The position numbers and the translations under genes were made by a program. Below, one piece after another: positions 1 to 9,227 of a DNA stretch of 64,000 nucleotides. The stretch lies in contig BTWA01000011.1 of the NCBI GenBank assembly GCA_045863295.1, positions 32,001-96,000 of the forward strand. Reading direction: 5' to 3'. Source of the stretch: Candidatus Hydrogenedentota bacterium. Its GTDB lineage: Bacteria; Hydrogenedentota; Hydrogenedentia; Hydrogenedentales; SLHB01. The stretch's first letter is position 1. Every line of letters begins with the position of its first letter. The notes under the pieces were generated by a model, which was given only the letters and a program-made list of their open reading frames with translations, was not told the DNA's origin and did no database searches.

Positions 1-379
1 CCAGGTACTCACGAAGCCGCTCTGTGGCCCATTGACGAAATTGGGTTCCGCGTGACGAACGCACGCGGTATCCTACTGCCAGGATTGCGTCGAGGTTGTA
101 GTGCCGTACTGTCCGGCGAACCTCGCGCTGACCTTCCGTTCGAACTTGTAAGTAATGCTTACAAGTTGCCGATTCTTCAATCTCCCCTTCTTCGTAAAGC
201 GATTTCAAATGAAGGGTTATATTTTGGGGCGTGGTTTGAAACAGCTCCGCCATGCCCGCTTGAGACAGCCACAACGTTTCGTCCGCGAAGCGACACTCTA
301 CACGGGTGCGGCCATCGTCCGTTTGGTAGAGCAAGACTTCGCCTTGCCCCTCCGATCCGGTTGCCGTCAATCTTTTCAC
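1..379 (-). CDS. Virulence RhuM family protein, 5' part; runs off the left edge and is not in the ORF track
   Basis: Manual minus-strand translation from GTG at 379 (alternative GTG 409) is open to the edge: GEVLLYQTDDGRTRVECRFADETLWLSQAGMAELFQTTPQNITLHLKSLYEEGEI...HYNLDAILAVGYRVRSSRGTQFRQWATERLREYL, which carries the typical RhuM motifs. Confidence 0.9.
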   Translation of the reverse strand, partial: MKRLTATGSEGQGEVLLYQTDDGRTRVECRFADETLWLSQAGMAELFQTTPQNITLHLKSLYEEGEIEESATCKHYLQVRTEGQREVRRTVRHYNLDAILAVGYRVRSSRGTQFRQWATERLREYL

Positions 380-682
380 GTTTATGCCCCGTTTGCTATA
401 TGGCTTCACCCGCGCCCGAATGAGATTCTAGTGTACCCGTCCGGATGGTGAGTGTATAGCCGGGAGGAATTCGAGTTTTCGCACAAATGTGGTTATCGGC
501 ACGGCGCTGCCTTAGAATTTACACCATTGAGAGGACCACTGTGGTATTCTGGCGTGGCAAGGGGGACAGAGTACCGTCCAAGTGGTTGACAGCCCAGCCA
601 CACCAAACGCACGTATATTAAACACATTCCAAAGCACACTACCCGTTTGCAGGGAGCAATCCGCTTTGGGGGAGGGACATCC

Positions 683-1987
683 ATGAAAAAGCAGTTTCAC
701 GGTTTGCGCATCATTCCCGTTGTCCTTGTGTGTCTGACGGCCGCACTACTCACCGGGTGTCCCTTGGCGCCCAAAGTCACCGTCGTGTACGTAAACGCGA
801 ATACGGCGGCGACCAAATTCGCGCAAGACGGCTTGACCTGGCCAACAGCCTTCGCCGAAATCCAGGCGGGCATTGATGCCGCGGCAGCGGCGGGCGGCGG
901 CGAGGTCTGGGTGGCGAAAGGAACCTATGCGGAATCGCGCTCCAGCGATCCCGACGGCTCGCTAGTGATGAAGCCGGGCGTTCATGTGTACGGCGGGTTC
1001 ATCGGCCTGGAACTGGTCCGCCATACGGAAGGGTGCGACTACAAGGAAACCATCATCGACGGATCCAACGGCCGGGCCGGATTGGTGACGCCGCCGGTCG
1101 CCCCGAATGCGTACCACGTCATCAAAGGCGCTGACAATGCCACGCTCGACGGGTTCTACATCACCGGCGGCGACGGAACGGCGGCCGCGGGGACATCGAA
1201 TATGGGCGCGGGCATGTACAACGACAGCGTGTCTCCCACCATCAACAATTGCGCCTTCTACAGCAATTTCGCCGGATTCGGCGGGGGCATGTACAACCTC
1301 AACGCCAATCCCGTCATCACCAAGTGCCGGTTCGAGAACAACGTGGGATTGGCCATTGCCGGCGCAATCTACAATGACGCCTCCGCGCCCGACATCTCCC
1401 GTTCGCTCTTCATCAACAATGTGGGCATCACGATGGGCGGCGCCATGTCGAACCTCAATGGATCGGCCCCGGTGGTGACAAGCTGCCAGTTCCTCTTGAA
1501 TCAGGCGGCGGCGTTGGGCGGCGCCATGTTTAATGGCACCAGCACGGTCACCCTCACGAACTGCGTTTTTGCCTACGGCATCGCCTATAGCGCGGCGGGC
1601 GGCGTATACAACGCCGCATCGTCGGTCGACATCCTCAATTGCGTGTTCTACGCCAACTACGTGGCCGGTACCGGCGGCGCCATTGTGGACGACGGTACAG
1701 ACACCCGGATCGTCAACACGATCTTCCGCTCCAACGAAGCAACCGCGTCCGATGTCGATATCACCGGCGTCGTGGACATCACATACAGTTGCACGCAATC
1801 GGGCATTCCGGGGATCGGCAACATCGTGGCAAACCCGCTGTTCGTCGACGAGCTCGACGGCAATTTCCAACTACGCCCCGGTTCGCCTTGCATTGATACA
1901 GGCACCCCCGTGGGAACGCCCACCGTGGATATCCGCGACCACCCCCGGCCGCAAGGGGCCAACGTGGACATGGGCGTATTTGAGTAA
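683..1987 (+). CDS. Lipoprotein with right-handed beta-helix (pectin-lyase-like) repeats and choice-of-anchor-Q-like C-terminus
   Basis: GGAGG RBS before ATG 683; lipobox LLTG-C; 'WPTAFAEIQAGIDAA..GGEVWVAKGTY'; repeated GGGMYN/GGAIYN...CxFxxN units; C-terminal 'LRPGSPCIDTG...VDMGVFE'. Confidence 0.8.
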   Translation: MKKQFHGLRIIPVVLVCLTAALLTGCPLAPKVTVVYVNANTAATKFAQDGLTWPTAFAEIQAGIDAAAAAGGGEVWVAKGTYAESRSSDPDGSLVMKPGVHVYGGFIGLELVRHTEGCDYKETIIDGSNGRAGLVTPPVAPNAYHVIKGADNATLDGFYITGGDGTAAAGTSNMGAGMYNDSVSPTINNCAFYSNFAGFGGGMYNLNANPVITKCRFENNVGLAIAGAIYNDASAPDISRSLFINNVGITMGGAMSNLNGSAPVVTSCQFLLNQAAALGGAMFNGTSTVTLTNCVFAYGIAYSAAGGVYNAASSVDILNCVFYANYVAGTGGAIVDDGTDTRIVNTIFRSNEATASDVDITGVVDITYSCTQSGIPGIGNIVANPLFVDELDGNFQLRPGSPCIDTGTPVGTPTVDIRDHPRPQGANVDMGVFE

Positions 1988-1992
1988 TAGGC

Positions 1993-2121
1993 AAAGGACA
2001 TAAAAGTCAAAAGGGACCCAAGGAATTGCCCAGGGCGCTAGCCCTGCTAATCGCCTTGGGTCCCTTGAGTCCCTTTAGGGCCTTTGAGTCGCTTATGTCC
2101 TTTGAGTCCCTTAGGTCCCTT
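1993..2121. repeat. Degenerate 9-bp tandem arrays in inverted orientation (hairpin) upstream of a four-helix-bundle gene
   Basis: Left arm has GAC/GTC/GAC at 9-bp spacing (1997, 2006, 2015). Right arm: CTTGGGTCC CTTGAGTCC CTTTAGGGCC TTTGAGTCG CTTATGTCC TTTGAGTCC CTTAGGTCC (2055-2118). Perfect 13-bp IR at 2011-2023/2054-2066; inner stem CAGGGC-gcta-GCCCTG at 2031-2046. Confidence 0.9.
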
Positions 2122-2144
2122 TCTTTTCTTGGAAGGAGCTACGC

Positions 2145-2720
2145 ATGCCTGAAGGCTTCATCCCGCCTCACGGCGGCTACGCCAGCCTGCTTTCCTACCA
2201 GAAAGCAGAAATCATTTACGACGCCACGGTCCGCTTCTGCGATCGCTACCTCGTAAAACCCGACCGAACCCGAGACCAGATGATCCAGGCCGCTCGCTCC
2301 GGCAAACAGAATATCGTCGAAGGCAGTATGGCCTCGGGAACGTCCACCGAAACCGAAATCAAACTCACCAACGTCGCCCGAGCCAGCCTCGAGGAACTTC
2401 TGGCCGACTATCGCGACTTCCTGCGCGTTCGCAATCTGGACGAATGGTCACGCGACCACCCATACACCGCACGCTTGCGAGAACTGAACCGCACGCCCGG
2501 CGCCAACTACGAAACCTTCCGCAAAGCCGTCGAACATCCCGACCCCGCCATCAGCGCCAACGCCATCATCGGTCTGATCAAAGTGACCAGTTATCTCCTC
2601 GACCAGCAGATTCGCCGCCTTGAACAGGACTTCCTCAAAAAGGGCGGCCTGCGCGAACGCATGACCCACGCCCGCCTAGCCGAACGCGACAAACGCAACA
2701 AAAAAGATGACCCCTCATAA
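2145..2720 (+). CDS. Four-helix-bundle protein (Avd/IVP-like) with four-helix-bundle suffix domain
   Basis: AGGAG RBS; 'HGGY..LLSYQKA..IYDATVRFCDRY...DRTRDQMIQAARSGKQNIVEGS..SGTSTETEIKLTNVARASLEELLADY' and C-terminal 'YLLDQQIRRLEQDFLKKGGLRERMTHARL'. Confidence 0.9.
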   Translation: MPEGFIPPHGGYASLLSYQKAEIIYDATVRFCDRYLVKPDRTRDQMIQAARSGKQNIVEGSMASGTSTETEIKLTNVARASLEELLADYRDFLRVRNLDEWSRDHPYTARLRELNRTPGANYETFRKAVEHPDPAISANAIIGLIKVTSYLLDQQIRRLEQDFLKKGGLRERMTHARLAERDKRNKKDDPS

Positions 2721-2723
2721 ACA

Positions 2724-2760
2724 TTTAGGTCCCTTTTAGTCCCTTTGGTCTCTTACATCC
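2724..2760 (+). repeat. 9-bp tandem array downstream of the four-helix-bundle gene
   Basis: TTTAGGTCC CTTTTAGTCC CTTTGGTCT CTTACATCC; same unit and orientation as the upstream right arm. Confidence 0.8.
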
Positions 2761-2772
2761 TTCGCTGCCTTC

Positions 2773-3660
2773 TCACGACCCCATCACCTTCAGGATCACC
2801 CAATCCATCCACTTTGCCGGCAGGATGCGCGACAGATTCACCATGAGGTGGGCGTCGGGGCCGACCAGATAGCGCGTGCGCGGAAAACTGGACTCAAGCG
2901 CGTGGGCCACTTTCTTGGCAACGCGTTCCGGCGGGATACCCCATTGGCCGACGCGCATGGCCGCATCGCCGAACCGGATATAGCGCCGCCCGTAGAGTTC
3001 CTTCGCCTCATCCGAAAAACCGTCTATCGACTTTTCCGCTTCGCTCTTGGATTTGGTCCAGATTGGCGTGGCGATGCTGCCGGGTTCGACGCAACTCACG
3101 GAAATACCCCAGGGGCGGAGCTCCATCCGTAGCGCGTCGTTGACCGCTTCCAGCGCGTATTTAGAGGCATGATAAGGGCCAACGTACGGTGTGGTAACGC
3201 GGCCGCCCATGGAACTGATATTCACGATTCGTCCCCGGACCGGCCGAATGTAGCGTAGAAAGGCCTGGGTCACGGCGACCTGACCGAACAGGTTCACCTC
3301 GAACTGCCGCCGCAACTCGTCCAGCGGAATGAATTCCATGGGCCCAGGCACGCCGATGCCCGCGTTGTTCACCAGCCCGTGCAGGCCCGCACCGCCCACC
3401 GCCTCGTCGAAACGGGCCGCCGCTTCCCGGATGGACCCTGCGTCTTGCACGTCGATCCGGACGGGGATAACCTCTTTGGATATCTCATTTTGCAGCCGTT
3501 CCCCGTCTTCAGGTTTGCGGATTCCCGCGAATACGCGGAAGCCCCTTTTGTGCAAATAGGCGGCGCACCCGGCCCCGATACCGGTGGATGCGCCGGTAAT
3601 CAAGACGTTTCGCTTTGCGCTGTCCGGCGATGTAACCAATTCCGCATTCTCCTGGTCCAA
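2773..3660 (-). CDS. SDR family oxidoreductase (17beta-HSD/retinol dehydrogenase-like)
   Basis: TGASTGIG, NNAG, YHASK catalytic motif, VEPGSIAT; start codon uncertain. Confidence 0.9.
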   Translation of the reverse strand: MDQENAELVTSPDSAKRNVLITGASTGIGAGCAAYLHKRGFRVFAGIRKPEDGERLQNEISKEVIPVRIDVQDAGSIREAAARFDEAVGGAGLHGLVNNAGIGVPGPMEFIPLDELRRQFEVNLFGQVAVTQAFLRYIRPVRGRIVNISSMGGRVTTPYVGPYHASKYALEAVNDALRMELRPWGISVSCVEPGSIATPIWTKSKSEAEKSIDGFSDEAKELYGRRYIRFGDAAMRVGQWGIPPERVAKKVAHALESSFPRTRYLVGPDAHLMVNLSRILPAKWMDWVILKVMGS

Positions 3661-3771
3661 CTCGTTGAGTTGGGCTTGCTTATGGTCTCCGACGCTCTTG
3701 ACCTGTCATAATACCGCTTCCGGTGGTAAAAAACAGGTGTGGGGCCTCCAAACGGGGTTGGGAAATCACGC

Positions 3772-4575
3772 GTGAAAGACTTAAAACTATACGGCGGCTG
3801 GGCCGTCGTGACGGGGGCGTCTGCCGGGTTGGGCCGCGAATTTGCCCGCATCATCGCCTCGAACGGCGTGAACTGCGTGCTCATTGGGCTCGGCAAAGCC
3901 GACCTGGACGCCGTTGCCGATGAACTGCGAAGCAAGCATGGCGTGGAAGTGCGCGCGCTGGAATTGGACCTGACGGCCGATGGATATCTCGAGGTGGTCG
4001 CCAAAGCCACGGAGGATATTCCTGTTGGGATCTTGGTGAACAACGCGGGCATCGGCGTGGGCGGCTATTTTCACACCCGCGACCCGAAAAAGCTGACGGC
4101 ACTGGTGAAATTGAATTGCCTCGCGCCGGTGGAGTTGACCCGCCATTTCCTGCCCGCCATGGTGGATCGGAAAACAGGCGCCGTAATCATGGTGTCCTCC
4201 ATTTTCGGCCTCGTGCCCGCGCCGATGGAAGCGGCCTATACCGCGTCCAAAGCCTTTGATCTGCATTTCGGCGAAGCGCTTTGGTCGGAGATGCGGGGCA
4301 AAGGCGTCGATGTAGTGACGATTTGCCCCGGCGGCATGCGGACGGGATTCTTCGTGGCAGATGGCCTGACCGATCCCAAGGAACTGGCGCGCATTCACCG
4401 CAATTCGAACACCCCGGAAGAAGTGGCGATGCGCACGTTGAACGCGCTCGGCCGCAAACCGGTCACGACGATGCCGTTCGCCTGGGTGTGCGGGTTTCTC
4501 GCGCGGTTCGCGCCGCGCCGGTTGGTCACCATGATTGTGCGTTTTTCATTTGACCGCATGGTCACGTATCACTGA
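3772..4575 (+). CDS. SDR family oxidoreductase
   Basis: TGASAGLG, NNAG, YTASK; GTG start at 3772 chosen; divergent from the previous SDR. Confidence 0.9.
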   Translation: MKDLKLYGGWAVVTGASAGLGREFARIIASNGVNCVLIGLGKADLDAVADELRSKHGVEVRALELDLTADGYLEVVAKATEDIPVGILVNNAGIGVGGYFHTRDPKKLTALVKLNCLAPVELTRHFLPAMVDRKTGAVIMVSSIFGLVPAPMEAAYTASKAFDLHFGEALWSEMRGKGVDVVTICPGGMRTGFFVADGLTDPKELARIHRNSNTPEEVAMRTLNALGRKPVTTMPFAWVCGFLARFAPRRLVTMIVRFSFDRMVTYH

Positions 4576-4588
4576 TTTGGAATTTTAC

Positions 4589-5905
4589 ATGAGTTTGAGC
4601 AACCTGGATACCGCGCTGGAAGCGCAAGCCACTACGGAACGGCCGATGAAATTCGTGTTTTTTCCGCTGGCGTGTTTGTTGTCGCACATGGGCCGGTGCC
4701 TGGAGATTGGGAAAGCCCTGCGCGATCGCGGGCACGAAGTGGTGTTCGCGGGCGAACGCCCCGATCATCCCAAGACGAAGATCGGCGTCGCCGTGCAACA
4801 CGGGTTCAAAACGGTCTACGCGCAAGAACCCGACTACCGATACGCCTGGGACCGTTTCGAACACTACGGCTGGATGGCCACCGGCTGGGACCTGTTCCGC
4901 CACAATCATTGGGCGCCGCTGGACACCATCCTCGAAGAAACCATCCGTGTCATCGACGAGGAAAAGCCGGATATGGTCATCGGCGACGCCTCCATCGCGG
5001 TCACCACGGCGGCCTACATTCGCGGCATTCCCGCGAGCGGCGTGATGAATGCCTATGCGAGCGTGTTCCTGACGCCCGAGTCTCCGTTCAGTTGGATGAT
5101 TCGCCTGTGGGACGCCACGCATCTCTCACGCATTCGCAAGCGGGTCTACAAGAAGTATGGCGTGAAGCCAGTGAACGCGGTCGCCTTGCTGCGATCCGTT
5201 CATCTGATCTCGCCGGACCTTCCCGGCCTGTACGAACCTCCGAAGTTCTTCCCCGACTATCACACCGTCGGCCCCATCTATTCGGAGCCGTCCGTTCCTT
5301 TGCCGGAGTGGTACGACAAACTCGATGACGGATCGACCAACGTCTATCTCACCATGGGATCGACCGGTCTGTTCGATGCATTCCTGCGCCGCAACGCGGA
5401 GGCACTGGGTCAATTGCCCTATCGTTTCCTGGTGACCACGGGCGGGCAGGTGAGCGAGGCGACTATTCAATCGCTGCCGAAGAATTTTCTGGTAACCAAG
5501 TACGCGCCGGGAAGCGCATTGATGAAGAAATGTCAGGCCCTCGTGTTTCATGGCGGCAACGGCACGACCTATCAGGCACTGGAAGCGGGCATTCCCATGG
5601 TCGCGCTGCCCAGCCATCTGGAACAAGATGAGCTCGTGAAGATCGGCGTGAAACACGGCTACTGCATCCGCCTGAGTTCGCGCCGTTGCACCGGTCCCAT
5701 GCTGGCCCAAGCGCTGCAAAAACTCCTCAACACCCCCAGCTACCGTGAATCCGCCCAGGGCTACGCCGAACGCATGCGCCAATGCAACGGCCCCGCCACC
5801 GCCGCCGCCCTGCTCGAACGCCTAGCCCTCGAAGGCAAACCCTGCGGCTGGCAATTCCAACCCGAACACGTGAAAGCAATGACCACCGGACAGGTAACGG
5901 CGTAA
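4589..5905 (+). CDS. GT-B glycosyltransferase, GT1-like (MGT/UDP-glucuronosyltransferase type)
   Basis: N-terminal 'SHMGRCLEIGKALRDRGHEVVF'; C-terminal 'YLTMGST' and 'VFHGGNGTTYQALEAGIPMVALPSHLEQ' UDP-sugar binding signature. Confidence 0.85.
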   Translation: MSLSNLDTALEAQATTERPMKFVFFPLACLLSHMGRCLEIGKALRDRGHEVVFAGERPDHPKTKIGVAVQHGFKTVYAQEPDYRYAWDRFEHYGWMATGWDLFRHNHWAPLDTILEETIRVIDEEKPDMVIGDASIAVTTAAYIRGIPASGVMNAYASVFLTPESPFSWMIRLWDATHLSRIRKRVYKKYGVKPVNAVALLRSVHLISPDLPGLYEPPKFFPDYHTVGPIYSEPSVPLPEWYDKLDDGSTNVYLTMGSTGLFDAFLRRNAEALGQLPYRFLVTTGGQVSEATIQSLPKNFLVTKYAPGSALMKKCQALVFHGGNGTTYQALEAGIPMVALPSHLEQDELVKIGVKHGYCIRLSSRRCTGPMLAQALQKLLNTPSYRESAQGYAERMRQCNGPATAAALLERLALEGKPCGWQFQPEHVKAMTTGQVTA

Positions 5906-5936
5906 GCTCGACTTTCAGCCACTCACTTCTCGCTGA

Positions 5937-7305
<1,369 letters not shown>

Positions 7306-7325
<20 letters not shown>

Positions 7326-7830
7326 TGCCTTCTCCAGACTCCTGCTTCCGATCGAAAAAATGCGCTCCGATCAGCAGAAATATGCCCGCCATGACGGCTG
7401 TATCCGCCACGTTGAATATGCCCGTGCGAAGAGAACCGATCCCCATGTTCATAAAATCAACCACGATGCCGCCGCGCATCGTGCGGTCAATCAAGTTGCC
7501 GATGCCGCCGCTCAGTAGGAGGGCCAGCGCAAGCACCTCAATCAGCGACAGATCCCGTTTCGAGAAAAGATACACGGTCAATCCCACCAACAGCGCGGAG
7601 GTGAACACCACAAACACCCAGTAGCGGGCCCTGGGAGGAAGCGTGCTGCCCAGACTGAGAAAGGCGCCCTTGTTCTCCGCGTACTGCAAGCGAAACGTGT
7701 CGAATGCAAAGGTGATGGGCTGCGCGCGGTACTGCAACTCCTTCTGCGCAATGTGCTTTGTCGCCTGATCGCATCCAATCATGGACACGAGCACGGCACT
7801 CACCAAAGCGATACGGGCTGCCATTTTCAT
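7306..7830 (-). CDS. lspA: Lipoprotein signal peptidase II
   Basis: DQATK, NKGAFLSLG, GGIGNLIDR, VVDF, FNVAD; ATG at 7830 with GGAG RBS. Confidence 0.92.
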
Positions 7831-7954
7831 GGGTATCGGGGGTCTCCAAGAAATCCTGTCATGCGGCACATGCACGCGCCGTCCGGCATCATCAAATCCA
7901 AACCGCGGTGGATGCGCGATTTGGCGCACGGACTTGTCTCCCGCGCGGCCGGAT

Positions 7955-9160
7955 TCACACTTCAATTAGCATTCGCGCCGGATTCTCCACGCACTGCTTC
8001 ACGCGCTTCAAAAACGAAACGGCTTCGCGCCCGTCCACAATGCGATGATCGTACGTTAGCGCCACGTACATCATGGGCCGGATCACAATCTGTCCATCCA
8101 CCGCCACGACGCGATCCTGAATGGCGTGCAACCCCAGAATGCCGCTCTGCGGCGGATTCACGATCGGCGTGGACAACATGGAACCGTAAATGCCGCCGTT
8201 GCTGATGGAGAACGTGCCCCCTTGCAACTCGTCCAGCTTGATCCGGTTTTCCTTGGCGCGCGTTCCCAGGTCCGCGATGGCCAGTTCCACTTCAGCGAAA
8301 CTCATCCGCTCCGCACTACGCAACACAGGCACGACCAATCCCTTGCCCCCGCCCACCGCGATACCAACGTCGCAATAGTTGTGGTAAACAATGTCCTGCC
8401 CTTCGATCTGTGCGTTCAACTTCGGAAACTGACGCAAGGCATCCACGCATGCCTTCACAAAAATGGACATGAATCCAAGTTTAATCTGGTACTTCTTCTG
8501 AAACTCTTCCTGATGCTCCTTGCGCAAGGCAATGGCCGCACTCATGTCGATTTCATTGAACGTGGTCAGCAACGCCATCGTGCGTTGCGCTTCCACAAGG
8601 CGCTCCGCGATCTTCTTGCGCATGGGCGACATGCGAACCGCTTCCACCTCGCGATCCCCGTGGGCAACAGCTTCTTCCGCGACAGCCGCCGGAAGTTGCT
8701 TACGCTCGGCGTGTTTCATCACGTCCTCTTTGAGAACGCGCCCGCCCGGTCCCGTGCCTTTCACGTCCCCGGCGGCGATGCCGTGCTCATCGAGCAGCCG
8801 CTGCGCCGCAGGCATAACGCGTGCAGCCGAAGTATCGGATTTGGATACCGACTTGGCCGCGACCGGCGCTTCCGCTTTGGCTTTGGTCTTCGCAGGCGCT
8901 GGCGACTTCCCTTCGGGCCGGTCCGCCTTCTCCATCTGACCAATCACTTCCCCAACGGAGGCCGCTTCGCCAGTCTGTTTGAAAATGGACGTGATGACTC
9001 CGGCCACGGGCGCCGCAACCTCCACCGTCGCCTTATCGGACTCGATTTCGACAATGGGCTCGTCGCGATCGACGTAGTCGCCTTCGCGTTTCATCCATTG
9101 CCCAACCTGAACCTCCGTGATGGATTCGCCAACTGCCGGAACCTTCAACTCAACCGCCAT
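7955..9160 (-). CDS. sucB: 2-oxoglutarate dehydrogenase E2, dihydrolipoyllysine succinyltransferase
   Basis: Lipoyl domain ESDKA, E3-binding GTGPGGRVLKED, catalytic DHRIVDG. Confidence 0.97.
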   Translation of the reverse strand: MAVELKVPAVGESITEVQVGQWMKREGDYVDRDEPIVEIESDKATVEVAAPVAGVITSIFKQTGEAASVGEVIGQMEKADRPEGKSPAPAKTKAKAEAPVAAKSVSKSDTSAARVMPAAQRLLDEHGIAAGDVKGTGPGGRVLKEDVMKHAERKQLPAAVAEEAVAHGDREVEAVRMSPMRKKIAERLVEAQRTMALLTTFNEIDMSAAIALRKEHQEEFQKKYQIKLGFMSIFVKACVDALRQFPKLNAQIEGQDIVYHNYCDVGIAVGGGKGLVVPVLRSAERMSFAEVELAIADLGTRAKENRIKLDELQGGTFSISNGGIYGSMLSTPIVNPPQSGILGLHAIQDRVVAVDGQIVIRPMMYVALTYDHRIVDGREAVSFLKRVKQCVENPARMLIEV

Positions 9161-9227
9161 GAGAAGGGCATCTCCTTCGGATTGTTCGCCCAAACCGTCC
9201 TATGCGTCGCGTGTCACACGCCAACAC

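Noticed and set aside
52..451. Track ORFs 52..423 and 155..451 (+)
   Set aside because: Shadows of the minus-strand RhuM gene; no recognisable motifs.
2055..2118. CRISPR array
   Set aside because: Contiguous degenerate 9-bp units with no spacers; no cas genes.
2145..2720. 23S rRNA intervening sequence
   Set aside because: Flanks are protein-coding genes; no rRNA sequence present.
683..2760. Diversity-generating retroelement (Avd-like gene after a surface-protein gene, with hairpin)
   Set aside because: No reverse transcriptase in the window and I found no TR/VR pair differing at adenines; the target C-terminus is not a CLec/FGE domain.
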